A DNA stretch of 41,933 nucleotides from Atractiella rhizophila. Lineage: Eukaryota. This document shows positions 22,200-35,373 of the stretch, one piece after another (position 1 is the first letter of the stretch; each line of letters starts with the position of its first letter). Below the pieces are notes generated by a model, which saw only the letters and a program-made list of their open reading frames with translations, did not search any database and had not been told where the DNA came from. The translations under genes were made by a program, and so were the position numbers. The stretch covers positions 1 through 41,933 of the forward strand of contig MU271582.1 of assembly GCA_021432655.1 (NCBI GenBank), given 5' to 3'.

Positions 22200-24679
22200 T
22201 AGTCACATGGCAAGATAAGAATGGACAAACTTGTATTTACAAACAGGCAAAGTGTTCGCTTCGATGGCTCTCTTCTTTGTGTTTCGATTCATTCCACTGA
22301 GTTCTAGACGCAGAGCTGGTCGAGAGTTAGGATTGGTCGAGAGTTAGGACTGGTCGAGAGTTAGGATTGGGGAGAGTCAGTTGCGTGGCCAGCTTCAAAA
22401 GTTTGTGATTTTCTGGGAGATACGGGCCAAAGAAACGAAGGATGATGCGTCCTGTCGCCCACAAATCGGCAGGGATAGGGCGGAATGTCCCTTTCGGTCC
22501 TCCACTTTCGCCAACTTCTGGTGCAACCCACGTCTCGTTCCCCTGAAGCCTTCTAAAACCTTGTGAGAATCAACTTGTACAGATGAACCAAAGTTGATAA
22601 TTTGGAGACTGTCACCGATAACAACAAGGTTTTCTGGTTTCAGATCCAAGTGTGCAATGTCATGGGTGTGTATGAATGCGACACCTTCAATGAGTTGTTT
22701 GCAGAGACGGATGGCTAAAGCAGGGTCCAGGTGTCCTTCAAAATCGCGCAAGGGAACTCCAAGCGGAAGAATCAGGAGCTGGTCACCCTCACATTCCAGT
22801 AGGTCGATGATTTTGAGCGTATGGTTTCTTGAGTCGTCAATTTGAGCAAGGGAACGGTGAATCACAACTTCTTCATGGTCTTCAATGACCTTGATGATAA
22901 ATCGTTGTGCTCCTCGACAAACTTCTGCAACGGACAAGGAAGAAAATGACGACTATGCTACTGAGATCAGTGATGAAAAGGACCGAGTTGACAAATACGG
23001 ACCAGACTTGACGTGGTCCATCTTTTTAAACCCTGGTGTTGCGGCAGGACAAGGGAGTAGCCTGCATCAGTAAGAGCTGTCTGTACGGGACCTCTCATTT
23101 TCTTTGCGGCTCCATGGTCACTGTACTGGCGATTTTCTTTATTTTCAGAATCTTTGCGCCTTTTGCTGACTTCTGAGCGGAAAGCTTCAAACCCTCCTAC
23201 TTGTTCTTTCAGACCTTGCTCAATCTCCTGCACGTTAATTTTTTTCTCCCAGTCAGTCACAGCCGTCAAGTTGTACAGCTCAAGGAGAAACTTGAATGCT
23301 CCATCCTTTGTGAGGAGGGAATAATCGTCCCGTCGGTATAAAACTTTCCCCTGTAAAAGGATCAGAGCAAAGAGCTAAAGAGCGAAATCTACGTACGCTA
23401 GGATTCTTAATATCCTCACTACACATCAAATATCGCCTAACCCTCAGATCGCGGTCCACATAGCAACAAATGATGATAAAGGGCCACGGGTCTTTTTTGC
23501 TCTGGTTAGTGGCATATTGCGCAATCCTAACGACAGTAGCCCCTTCGAGCAGCATTCGCGCTTGGTCCTCTTCCTTCTCTTGCAATTCCGCCGCCGACTG
23601 AACCTCAACGATAAATCTGGGGATTTCATCCACGCAAAACTCGTAACCGCTGCGAGGGGAAAATCTATAGTGGGTAATTTGCCCGTGTTCATTCTTTTCG
23701 ACGACAGGTAACAAGTGGAATGTCCATTGGTTATCGCTGTAAATGAAGTCTCAGCTCTATCCCACATCGCAAGCCGCATACGATAAAAAGAACAAGTTTT
23801 GCACCATTTTCAACCCCAATCGCTCAGCTAGCTCGGCTGCCACAATTTCCATGTACGTCGCGAGGAAGTATCCTTCTTTGTACTCGCGATAACGGTCAAG
23901 GCTCATATCCACATGGGTTTCAAGCGCCGAATGATAATGCCCTAGTTCTTTCCTGGTTACCATCCGGTTTGAAGGCTTCTGAGAAGGAAACTGGTTTTGA
24001 ACTTGGCGCGCAAATTGAAGGTAGGGCTCTAATTGATGTTGCTGCTCTGAAAGCAGAGGCAAGACGAAAATTTGACCCAATTCCTTTTTCACATCGTTGA
24101 GCACTGGGGACACACCGTGAGCGTCAACAATGTGGTTCATCTCGAGCAGTTTATCGTGAGGGAGAAACGATCCACGTTTTTCAGCCGGGAATCGCGCAAG
24201 TAATTGAATACCGTTAAGGTTTTCTGTATTACGCTGCCAAACTAGTAATGTAGTTAGCAGTCCTGGTAAAGAAAAATGTGATGGAATGACCGCAGGGTCA
24301 TACGAGACGTTGGATGTTGTACTGCGAGAGGTGAATCGCACAACTGGGCCACGATATGGAGATGTCTAGGCGCTGGGACTTCTCCCCAATAATCTGATAG
24401 CAGACAGGCAGGGTCTAGTTCTTTCAATCTTTCAGAGGGGAAACTGATCGCTTTCAGAAGCTCTTCTTCCTCAATGGCCAGCGTTGGGTCCAAAATCCAC
24501 AAATCAAATTCCTTTCCATGCAGTTTTTCGCCCAACTTTTGAAGGATTGCCTCCTCCAACCCAGCAACCGTTTTGTTGGCAGGAAATTCGATAACAAACG
24601 TTTTTCCGACTAGCTGATTTTCATAACCGGGTTGCACTACTTGATACAGTAACTCATAAACGACGTCGTGAGCCGACAT
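22200..24679 (-). pseudogene. Crinkler (CRN)-type effector gene copy B: ubiquitin-like CRN header, REase-like domain and kinase
   Basis: ATG at 24679. The header has KTFVIEF..TVAGLEEAI, FDLWIL (LxLFLAK position) and HLHIVAQL (HVLVxxP position). In-frame introns lead to FSPRSGY..FIVEVQS..DQARMLL and kinase HLDLKPEN. DFG reads NFG, and there is a frameshift before WVAPE. Confidence 0.82.
22318..22368. repeat. 17-bp unit x3 (GGTCGAGAGTTAGGA(T/C)T)
   Basis: Three tandem copies in copy B and a single copy in copy A (~10403). Confidence 0.9.
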
Positions 24680-26867
24680 TGTCTCAAGAATGGGACATGG
24701 GACAAGAGTTAGGACGAGTTGCCAGTGGGATGGAGAACGATCTTGGTTAACACCAGTCCCCCCTTGGGGTTTACTATCTCTGCATCTTTTGCTGCTAAAA
24801 CTGACTAGCTCCCAAGTTGAATCTCGTTATTACTCGTTGGATTTGGCAAGGTCTTGAGAAGATTTGCTCAGAGAGGAAATTGCATCTGCCAAAAAGGTAT
24901 GTATGAAACCTGGGACCCGTTCTGTTGCGCCTCAGCAGGACCTCTCTGCTAATATCTCCTAAAGTATGCACCAAAAATTTGGAGCAAATTGGTCAAAATG
25001 GCAAGGATGGATCTGTGGATATGACCTGGGGAGAGATGGAGGCGGGGGGAGCGAGGAAGAGATTGGAGAGGAGTGACCTTAAAATCCTCAAGTTTTACCT
25101 TACACTCTGGACAAGCAGTGACAGGGTTCGATCGTCCTGCATGCCTGGCACAATTAAAAGGAATGACTGGGGACAGGACAGGAATCTCTATCCGGAGCGA
25201 ACATGCGGGGGCTAGGGAATCCCATATGCCAAAATTGCAGAGTGAGGTGGTATAATTGAACCTCTGTGATACTACCTTATAACTTGAAAAGCAGAGATTT
25301 AGCTGTGGTTCTGCCTTGAGAGTCGTCAAGCAAACCCAGTCCTGCCAACCCACTCCCCAGCCGCTGGTCCCCCCATCCGGCGTATCACAGTGAGCCAGAA
25401 CCACTTGCCATCCACCCACATTTCCCTTTCGCCAAAGTCGATGGCATGCAAGACCAGCTCTGCATTGACCTTTGCCAACCTTGCTAGTTTCGCTCCTCCC
25501 TCTTCCACCGACAATTGAGATGTAGAGGCGGATGGTGAAGAAGGGGACAGCAATACACATCCCACTCGCAGCTCCAGTTCACGATGCTCTGGTACCACAG
25601 CCAGCTCCACCGTTTCGAATACTGAACCCTCACTCGCCTCCTTCTTGATGGGGTGTTGGACGATCCTCAATCCCTTCGTCTCTAATCGGAGACAGTCCAA
25701 GAAATGTACTTCCGCGGCTAACGAACTGGTATGAGTGCATCCGGGGAGGGGAAGCGCGGCTTCGGGGCGTGTGAGGAGATAGAGGGCTGGGGAGGAGGAG
25801 CGGAGGAGGAAGGGGAGGAGGAGAGCGCAAATGGCGGGGAGAGACGAAGGGCGGGTGTTTGTTGCTGCTTGCGGTGGAGGGAGGGGCAGAGTCACGATTG
25901 AAGCTGGGGACGAGAGGGACGAGAGGTGGGAGTGCGCGAACGCAGTGGGATTGGGAGGCGAGATGGAGCTGTGAGGAAAGAGTTAGAGAAGCGGATGTAC
26001 ATGGAAGAGAGGACAGGACAGACAAGACGATAACTGTGTCAATTGTTGACTAGGGAAGGGAGGAGGCCATCTCCCTCAGCGATGCTCCAAGCGAGAGCTT
26101 GCAGGTCACCACTTGGACACCATCGATGATTGGATAACCATCCCCCTTCCTGACGACCCCAATCACCTCTGCTCCTCTCTGTCTATACTGCTTCACGACC
26201 TCCACGTCGACCGCTGTCCGTTCCCCACTCACAACAAAGAGTACCCTCTCTTGCTGAGGAGGAAGGATGCGAGTCCTTTCACGTCAGACGGCGAGGAGAA
26301 CGCGTGAGGTGTGCACGAGGAGGGAGATGCGGAACGGTATTGTGAGGGTGAGGTAGCGTGTCGGATTCTTTTTAGAGTACAAAAGTGAGCAGCAGTGTGA
26401 AGTAGGCGATGTAGAGTCCGAGGGAGAGGATGAGGCGGGAGGGACGGAGCGTGAAGCGGAGGAGCGTTAGGAAGTGCTGGATCTCAGAGCGCTGAGCTTC
26501 CATTTCTGTAGATATACTGGTATGTTGGAGTTGAACGAAAAGCAATCGATTGAGACGTTTATCCAGGCAACAGGCGGCGCGCGTTCGGTATAGCTTGATT
26601 GGAATATGCGTCAGTACTACCGCATCGCACGGCGTGGGAATGGAAAGAATACCGATGCTTCACTGAACAACGTTGTACCAGAGTCCCTATCTTTTCGAGG
26701 ATGATGCGCGAGCCGGTTGTTGATGGTGTCCATGGTAGCACGTGATCCAGAATCGCGGTTTTGATCGAATAATCCTCCTTTCCTGTTCAAGTTGCTGTTC
26801 TCCGATTGCTACACGGCGTATTTCGCTCTGGCTCGCTTATGTTGTCCTGAAATCGAGCGCTGAAACG

Positions 26868-29800
26868 ATGTCGACAGCCCAACAGCGCGACTTCCTCGCG
26901 TCCCTCCCCCTCGAGTCTTTGACGACATCTGCAGCGTTACCCAAACCCAGTCAACCTCCAAACCATCCAAACGCCTGCTGATTACTCTCTCAAAGATGTT
27001 CAAGCAGTCCTGCGCCATCACGACCGTCCCCGATGGCGGCAACGAAAACAAGCGGTGTCTGACAGGAGAACGAGGTTTCAGGGAAGCCCTTTAAGGACTC
27101 TTAGATAGAACAGTTAATAAAAAACGCCGTCATTCTGGGGCGGAGAGTCGTAAAGTTTTGCGTGGAGTGGGTGGAATGGGAAGGGAAACAGAGTGCGTCT
27201 TCCGTCTGTTCTCCTCAAGTCGGGATCCCGGGATCCACAATGTTTACTGTGAGTGTGATTGGACAGAGGAGGAGGGGAAGGAGAACCTCCAACAACCACT
27301 CCAACGCCCCGTATCTACCTTGTTCAGGCATTATTGCAAAGGCTTCAAGGCCAAAGATAAAACTATGCGCTTCAGATGCGTCGCTGCGCTCCTCTCCAAG
27401 ATCCAAGAACTCGAGTTCGTCATCAAGTCCTCTATCCCCTTTAGCTCGGTGCTCACGAGAAGAACAGTGAAGATGATCATTCTCTCCTCCTTCCACACCT
27501 CTCCGCACGTCTACAAGATAAAGAACCCGCTGTAAGAGGCCAGGCAGTGTTAGGGGTTGGCGAGATTGCAGGAAGAACTAGATGATGACGAAGGATTTGG
27601 AGAGTCGACGGAGGGAGAAGATGAGGAGGAAGAGGAAGAGGTTAGCGCGTCTCGATTGTTGGCGAGGGCAATGGAGTATGGTCCGTCGGCGTACGTCTTC
27701 TGCCCTCCACTTCCTTGGAGCAGTGCTGATAAATGTCATTCCGCTACATGAACAGCGAAGTCCGGCGTCTCGCGCTTCTTAACCTTTCCCTTTCAGCAGC
27801 CACCTTGCCCCCGCTGCTAAGCCGCCAACGCGACATGGATCCTTTGACGCGAAAAGCACTTTACCGAATCGTCCTCAAAGAAATAGGCATCGTCAGTTTA
27901 GGGAGGCAGAGAAGGCGCGATTGAGAAGGGGCTGAAGGACAGGGAGGAGAACGTTAAGAAAGCAGCGAAGGAGTGGGTGTGTGCCAGTCTCCCGATCATC
28001 TTGGCCGGAGAAGGCAGCGGGATGGAGGAGCTGTTGAAGGTACTCAAAGAGATGGATGTCATCACCTGTACGATGGCAAAGGACGTTTTAGAATGTTTAT
28101 TCGAGGGAAGGCCTGAGCTTATGGATGAGGTCGCGTTCGATGGTTCTTCTCCTTCTTTCCGTCTTAAGTTGGAACTCATCCTTACCAGATGCGTATTGGA
28201 ACACCCTTACGCCGGAGTCGGCTTTCCTCGTCCGCGTCTACCTGTTATGGTTACAGAAACAAAACGTGCGTTTCTTACTCTCACTGTGGCACTTTATCGA
28301 AACCAGCAGTAACATGGACGACAATAGGACGAAGCAAAACTCTCTGTTCACATGCCAGAAATTACGCCGCTCTCGCAACTCATCCAATCCAAATTTACCC
28401 AGCTTGTTAATCTGGTGGAAACTATCGAGTCGAAGGACCCGTAAACTCTTGAGCAAGAGGCAGAGGACGAAGATGTTCAGAGTCTTATCAGGCTTGCTTT
28501 TGTGGAGAGGGAACTGTTGGCCATCGCAGTGAAAGAGGACTACGCGGATGAAATTGGACGGAGGGCCATGTTCGCACTTATCCGTAGGTCACCCTTCAAC
28601 TCCATCATTCTGTCAAATCATGCTCTATCGCGAATATTGATTTTGTGACCAACAGGTGATATGATCTCCAATCCTCTTCTCCCTCAAGAGCTCCTCCCAC
28701 CCGCTCTAGACGTGCTCTGCAAGATCTCCGCCAACGAACAAGACTTTATGCGGGTAGTCGTGGAGATCGTCCAGTCTCTTCGTGACGATGAAGAGGACTT
28801 CGACGATTCGAAGGATGCAGACGCGATGAGGGAAGATGATGACGACGACGAAGACGACGACGAAGACGACGACGAAGACGACGACGAAGACGACGACGAA
28901 GACGGAGGAGCTCAGCGGAGGGATCAGGCGAGAAAAGTAAAGAAAGACTTCGAGGTCCCAACGGAAGGGGACAGACTCGATATCCACATTAGGTGTCTAG
29001 GCATCTTTAGGGCTATGCTAGAGCGCTTGGAAGGGGCAAGTCTTCTCCTTCAAATCATAGAAAGAGAGTATGTTAATTCGTTGCGGTACAGACCCTACAA
29101 GACGACACATCTCTCCAAGGTCTCTTACACGAGCTCGTCATTCCTTCCGTCAAATCCAAGGAACCAGCTGTGCAGTATGAAGGATTAATGTGTCTTGGGC
29201 TTATCTGCTTGCTAGACAAGGTATACTTCCACATTTCTTCTGACTAAATGTAACTCAAGCATGGTGTTTGGCAAGAAAACCGCAATCGATGCATTCGGTC
29301 TCTTCACGCATCAGTCGCAAAATGCGGAAGGGGATCTCAGAATCAAGGTTCTTCAGACTATCTTCGGCATACTCATGCTGCACGGTTTAAATTCTCTCTC
29401 TGAGAAAGCACATTCAGTTTGTCTCCCTGCTTCTCTTGTTCTCGGCCGCTGATTGCAGACTGCTGGTAGCCAGATCGCGTGATTGACTTCTTGCTTCATT
29501 CGCTTGACCAATCCGATCCCAAAGCGCAAGCCACCAAGTGTCGTCGGTATCAGTAAGCTCATGCTGAGCGGCAAGATTGCCGATGACGAGGTCTGTCGCT
29601 GTCTCCCTAAAGTGAAATCGATGCACTAGGATTGATGATGGTTCCAGGTGCTCAAAAGTCTCGTCTTGATGTACTTTTCGCCAGAAACGTCGGGGAACCA
29701 ACCACTGCGACAATGCCTCCCCTACTTTTTCCCGTCTACTGTTTCTCATCCGCTGCACATCAGAGGAGGATGCAAAAGGTCTTCATGCCGTCTCTCGATA

Positions 29801-31460
29801 TCCCGAATGGTGTATACGAAGATCTTGATGACGAGGAAAGGCAAGACATGATCCCTCCGCCTCAAATTGCTGCACAGATGGTGGATTGGACTGATCCCAG
29901 AAGGGCCGTCACTCTGTGAGTTTCTGTTAAGCAAGTTTCTCCCACTTACAGCATATCGATCCAGCGAGAATCTTGACCAGCCGACAGACGAGTTAGTGCA
30001 CTACGATCTTTGCTTAGGAGTCCAAAAGTTTGTCGGATCCATTTCGAACGATTACTGCTAATTTGTTTTGCAGAGGAACAGCGCAAGCTGTTTTGCCAGC
30101 TTCTTTCAAGGTTGTGGCTTCCAGACCAGTTGGACCAGCGGAAAGCCAAAGGCATGGCTATCTGGATATCTGACCTCAAAGATGTGAGATACATGTCCGA
30201 GGCTATCCCTGATCTATCTTCACCAGCTGTCAGCGACGACCGCTCGCTGATGCCGTTTCCAAAAACGCTGTCAACAAGTTCGAGAAGAATTTGAAGGATA
30301 AATATCCCAAAGAGCTCGCAGGGGGCTCGACGACGATGATCTTCATGTTTCGGAAGCATGGATTGAGATTCAAGCTGAAATCGAGCAACTCCGCCAACTA
30401 GCGCAAGAAAAGGTCAAAAGCCGGAGGCAGTAAATGTATGAAAGGGAAGAGAGGGAAGAAAAAGTCCTCGTCAGAGAAGGAGGAAAACCTCGACCTGGAG
30501 AACGAGGACGAAGAAGTTAGCAAGCCTGTCAGGTGGGTCTTTACTTGTCCTATGCGAGCCTCCCTTTTATGATTCTTGTGCCAGAGCGAGCACGAGGAAC
30601 GCTCCTTCACGTAACGCCAAGAGTCAGGCAAATCGATATCTCGCTCAGAAGGATACAGATGAGAGTGAACAGGACAGTGAGGGTAATGATGAATCGCAAG
30701 CGGAGAGTGCTCAGGCTTCGTCTGGATCTGAAGCTCCCCCAAAGCCAAATCGGTTCGCATCTACAGCCTCGTTCTCAAGTGCCACTTACCTGACGTGTAA
30801 TAGGGGCAAACCTGCTGACGAGACGAAAGATGACGATGTGACCACCCAATCCGAGTATTTTTCTTTAACCCAGTTTGTATTCTTCTAAGCCGGAGAGTAG
30901 GGATCCCATCGACGACTCGCATCTGCCTCCAAAGGCTCCCGGTGCGTCATGTTCTTTGCCTCTGTACCTGCTGTTGCGTGATGTTTGTATGCTTAGGCGT
31001 TCAAGCAAACCAGCTAGGGCTCCGTCATCTAAGCCAACTTCTAGCCGTCCCGCTTCGAAAGCACCATCAGCGACCTCCACAACAACTGGATGAACACGAC
31101 AGGCTTCAGGAAACAAAGACACTGCAAAGAAACACCCTGCAACACGAGGCAAAGCTAGAGCCAGGGGAAGATCAGCCGCGCCAACTCGGTCTACGAGGTA
31201 TGCTATCGCCGCTCTACCAGCACTGGAGGTCTGACGGAGGAATAGGTCTACAAGGAATAGTCGTGCTGCTTTCTCGGTGGAGAATGAGGATGCGAGGTAA
31301 TTGTCTCAGTCTTTTCTACTGCAATGCAGCATTGGCAAAATGACTGGCTGATGCTCCGACCTTGCGTAGGATTGATCCATAGACGGTCGAGGGGAGTTAT
31401 TGGCAGGAGGCATGGCCGTAATGCTGGTGATTGGCCGAAGAGTGAAAAACGATGGAGCCG
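26868..31460 (+). pseudogene. YCG1: Condensin non-SMC subunit G (Ycg1/Cnd3/CAP-G) homologue with many frame disruptions
   Basis: KGFKAKDKTMRFRC, SEVRRLALLNL..RQRDMDPLTR, GLKDREENVKKAA, DYADEIGRRAMF, GLMCLGLICLLDK, VVGISKLMLSG, YFSPETSGNQPLRQCL. Multiple frameshifts and stops. The 3' end is approximate. Confidence 0.82.
28836..28903 (+). repeat. (GACGACGAAGAC)n repeat encoding a poly-Asp/Glu tract within the Ycg1-like gene
   Basis: A 12-bp unit repeated about five times, translating as DDDDEDDDED. Confidence 0.9.
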
Positions 31461-33193
31461 CCGCTTAGCGCATTGTCGATTCAGACTGCAACTTCGCTTG
31501 ACGAGCCATAAGGAAATCGCGCGTGGGTTGTTGCCAAGTAGAATGCCGATTGAAAAAAGGGTTTGGTGACATAGTAGCAGGCTGAATTGGATTGTCGGGA
31601 GCGAGGCCGACTTCAGTCTTGATCGTTTTCCCCTTCAGCTCCATGGAGGCGGCTTTCTCTCTCAAGTCCGATAACAGTAGCGTAGACACATTTCTCGCAG
31701 CGCAGGCTTAGAGGATGAGCAAACTTATTGAGGTATCTTGTTTCTGCCAACGCTTGGTACAAACGGGCGTTTCTTGATTGATGGTGTCAGCTCCGAGGTC
31801 ATCAACATCATCAGAACACTCAATCAGGTTTATTAACAATTGACGTAGTAAGTACAATTTTTCGGTAGAGTTCAACTCACTGGTCACTGAACTTGACTGA
31901 GGCGACTTGGAGTCATGGACTAAGTAAGCTATTGATATCAGACAGATCTAGCCAACCCATTGTCACTGATCACTTGTAGCAATTTTACGCCTTTCCCCGT
32001 TACAATATCCCGAGATTACTCTGTGTCTGTGTCGCTGTGTTGTAGCTATACCACTCCTTTCCTGCCCAAGAACCTGGATCTGACGGCTGGAGCAAGAAGA
32101 AACCGATTGGATGGCTGCCAGCATTTTCCAATGTGTCTCTACACTTCACAGCATGCACCCCTTCTAGTGCCTCGACGAACCCATCCGAAATCATGGATAG
32201 CCAGTCTGTGGAACTGGCGATTGACGCAATGTTGGAGAAGAGGCTGGATATCAACGAGTTGATGTGGAAATGCGCATTTTGGGGCCCTGTACATAAGGTA
32301 GGTTATTCTATCACTTAGCCATTCTCACTGATCAATTCTCATGATCTTTCAGTCCTCAGCAGTACCTGCTTTCAACGCCCGATACGACGCCTTTGTCTTC
32401 TTCTGCTTTTGCTGACGGGTTTGCAGGCTATGCCTTTGTTGCCAGGATTAGGATTCGACAGCAAGAGCAAGGCAAGGCCAATTAATTGACTACAATGTTA
32501 AAATGTCGTTGAGCCTGTCAAACGCAGATTCCAGCACCTGACAGTGAGAACTTGCTATTGAGAGCCCGTCAAGAAGTCAACATAGAACTGTGAATTGTGC
32601 GCTGTCGTACCTACGTACAAGCACTTTCCTTACCTCTTTGGCAAACGTGGGAAGAAGATTTCACAAGAGCTAGTCATCCTCAAGTGGAGTTGACTTTGGC
32701 ATGGTGTCGGTTCTTCGGTAATGTCACTTCCAGTGCAAGATCATTGACTGAATTGCTTAGCAACACTGGCAAATTTGGCTTTTTCTGGATTTGGATCCTT
32801 GCTGCGCCAAGTATAGAAGCATCTTCCGTTTGCGGTGGTAAAGTCTACAGGTTCTTGTGCTCTCCTCCGTCTACAGGTAATGCCCGCAGAAAATTTTTGC
32901 ATTTTTCGCAAGCTCCCTTCTCGCTGCAGCTGCAGAGAGCGAAGTAGCTTGCCAAGCCTTGGTCAGTATCACGAGCTGAAGGTCAGGTCGGAGTTGGCGT
33001 TCAGACGCGGACGAACTTTCCAAAAATAGGACTTTTTAGGCTCTGGTACAAAAAGAAGACAAAAAGGAGTGGTCCCTGTTCCATCACAACCACAACCTCT
33101 CCAGCCATTTTTTCTCGTTTATCTACTACTTTCCTGTGAATCACCTCGCCGCCCTCACCTAATCTCGAATACACTGTCAGAATATTATTCATA

Positions 33194-34788
33194 ATGCTCT
33201 CAACGCTCCTTACCCTCTTTCTCCTTGAATCCCCGAAAGTCGCCCATGCCTACTCGGCCACCTACCTTCCCTCCACTGTTCGTTTAACCCCCTGCCTTAA
33301 ACCCTTTTGACTAGAAAACACAGGTTCCTAACATAACGGAGGAGGGCGAGACGGGTTATAATATCTGTGGAACAGGACACTCGCAGACTTCGATGTGTCA
33401 GGTGCGTTTAACAGTTTTTAGTGCAGTTCGGACGTCCAGCTGATGCAGGTCGTGCTGGAACGATAGACATCCTATGTCAATTCCATCGATGACTTTTGTC
33501 TTTGGGTTCGTTTCTTCCCTTTTGGACAGTGCAAAGAATCTGATGAAAGCCTCGGATCAGGCCCCCCCTGAGCCCGGAGCTAACGCGAGTTCGTGTTCCC
33601 CTATCTACTACTCCCCAAGGACGCGCGCACTCAACATGGTGGTCACGAATAGCCATCGGCGAGACAGAGCGATTTGAGGTCGCATGGTGCACTAAGGCTG
33701 GTCACGTCAGTGTTGTCCCTCTCACTCCTACTGTCTGTCGTCTCCGAAGTGAAACTGAGAGATGTGTGTTGCGTAGGGGACCCGTCTCATCCCTGATGGC
33801 ACCTTGACTGGAGTCCATTTCGTTCAAACCCCTGACTTTGTCCAGGTCTGTTTGTCCCTTCCCAACTGCACGTCAAACTCAATTTTATGGCGCGCAGATT
33901 ACCGGTGTTGGAGACTTGACCAAGATCAACATTCCTGCTGGCGATGCAGGAGGAGAGCTCGGTTCGTTTCTTTCTCTTTTCCAGTGTTACACCTCCATGT
34001 ACCAATGTTTATAATCTGTGCTAGATCCCCACGGAGCAGATGGTAACGGAAACCCCATCGGTGGTATCGTCTTCTCGACCGCTTTTACTGGCTCTGCTGC
34101 CCAGTCCCACGAATGGAGCTCTTTCATTGGCGCAGAGCAGTTTTGCATTAGGTAGGGTTTCTTTCCGAACACAAAGGATGCAACTGAGTAATGGAATGTG
34201 AAGGGTGTGCAAGGACGCTGCGAATGCTTGGCTCTACTGCAACCATGTCTATGATGTGGGTCTCCAGGAGTAAACTCTTCAGCACTCGCATTAACGAACC
34301 GTTATGACCACAGGAAATGGGATGTGCCTGGAACTACCCTGGCGACTACTCCGCAGGGAGCTTTGATACCTGCGCCGGAGACAGTGGAGATTGTTTGTCC
34401 CCTCTTTGAGCCTCTTCCACGTTTGGTTAACGTCATTTCCACAGTCCCAGGAGTATACGGCACTTCGACTTTCAGCCAAGGGCAACCGACGACGCCTGAT
34501 GCGCACCCAGCTCCGTCCTCGTCAGACTGCACCAGTATCACTACCATCCAAGCGAATGGCCAGACCGCTTCCTCCCAATCTACCTCCACTTCCACTTCCA
34601 CCACCAGCACGGCCACCACCAAATCTGCAGCAGTGACTACAGGGTCCAATACTGGTGGAAGCACTTCAACTCCCACCTCCGGCGCACAGAGTGGCACCAA
34701 TAACTCTGCTGCTTCGAGCCTTTCAAGCATCGGTGGACTTGCGGCTGCCGCGATGATGATTGCTGTTGGCGCTATCATGGTTCTCTAG
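33194..34788 (+). CDS. Secreted, probably GPI-anchored mannoprotein of the Cryptococcus MP88/macrophage-activating glycoprotein family (multi-exon)
   Basis: Signal-like start MLSTLLTLFLL. Exon motifs: GETGYNICG..SMCQ, NSIDDFCLW, IGETERFEVAWCTK, GVHFVQTPDFVQ, GGELDPHGADG.GNPIGG, HEWSSFIG, STFSQG..TPDAHP. Ser/Thr-rich stalk and hydrophobic C-terminus. Confidence 0.85.
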
Positions 34789-35373
34789 ATTTGGTTGTCA
34801 TGATGCGATTGGCTTGGCTACTAATCGATAACGCAAGAGGGAGGTAAGAAGTTGCAAAGGAAGAGCGGTTGCGCATGAACGATTGGAAGGAAAGGCGCAA
34901 GGTTTCTTCACTTGTTCCATTTCTTTGCATTCATTCCATCACTTTTCGAGATCAAATTCAACAAACAACCATCAATTGATTCACGGACTCGTTTTTCTTC
35001 TTCATATTTCATTGTTCACTTCCCTCCAACTACATCTTTATGTCTGAGGTGATGCAAAGATGGCTTTCTTTAATTTATGAGCAGTGGCGAACTAATGGAA
35101 TAATCGATTTGCGTTCAGTGCTGCACTTTGCTCGCCATCCAGCGTTATCCTTGAAGGCAGTGGCAACATTGCGCTGTGACTTTCCTGTCCTGTTGTCCTG
35201 TAGCCACCCAGCAGCACCAGACCCTATAGGCCGATACACTTCGTACACCATTACTCTTTAGGCGAAGTGTGAACGTTTTGAACACAAGTGAAATGCGCTT
35301 GGCTTCACCGCCACCATGAGCGATCGATTTCAGATAAAACCACACTTCATTACGACAGCCACCTCCACTTCAT

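Larger units (their letters stand above)
20341..24271. repeat. Segmental duplication, copy B (includes the 5' stub of the Bud4-like gene, the minisatellite and the CRN C-terminal exons)
   Basis: Colinear match to 8760-12300. Confidence 0.95.

Noticed and set aside
8760..24271. The two duplicated segments as giant LTRs or terminal repeats of one large element
   Set aside because: There are no TG..CA ends or TSD, the boundaries fall inside a gene and inside an intron, and the enclosed copia has its own LTRs.
24730..25320. Cys-containing ORF fragment (CARH..CPEC) as a transposase zinc finger
   Set aside because: Too short, with no catalytic motifs or terminal repeats found.
25326..26310. Possible short-chain-dehydrogenase-like pseudogene on the minus strand (EVVKQYRQRGAEVIGVVR)
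   Set aside because: There is only a vague Rossmann-like fragment, with no TGxxxGxG or YxxxK motif and no coherent exon chain.
31465..33030. Short ORFs at 31465-31689 (-) and 32133-32318 (+) as genes
   Set aside because: No recognisable domain, and I could not build a spliced model with confidence.
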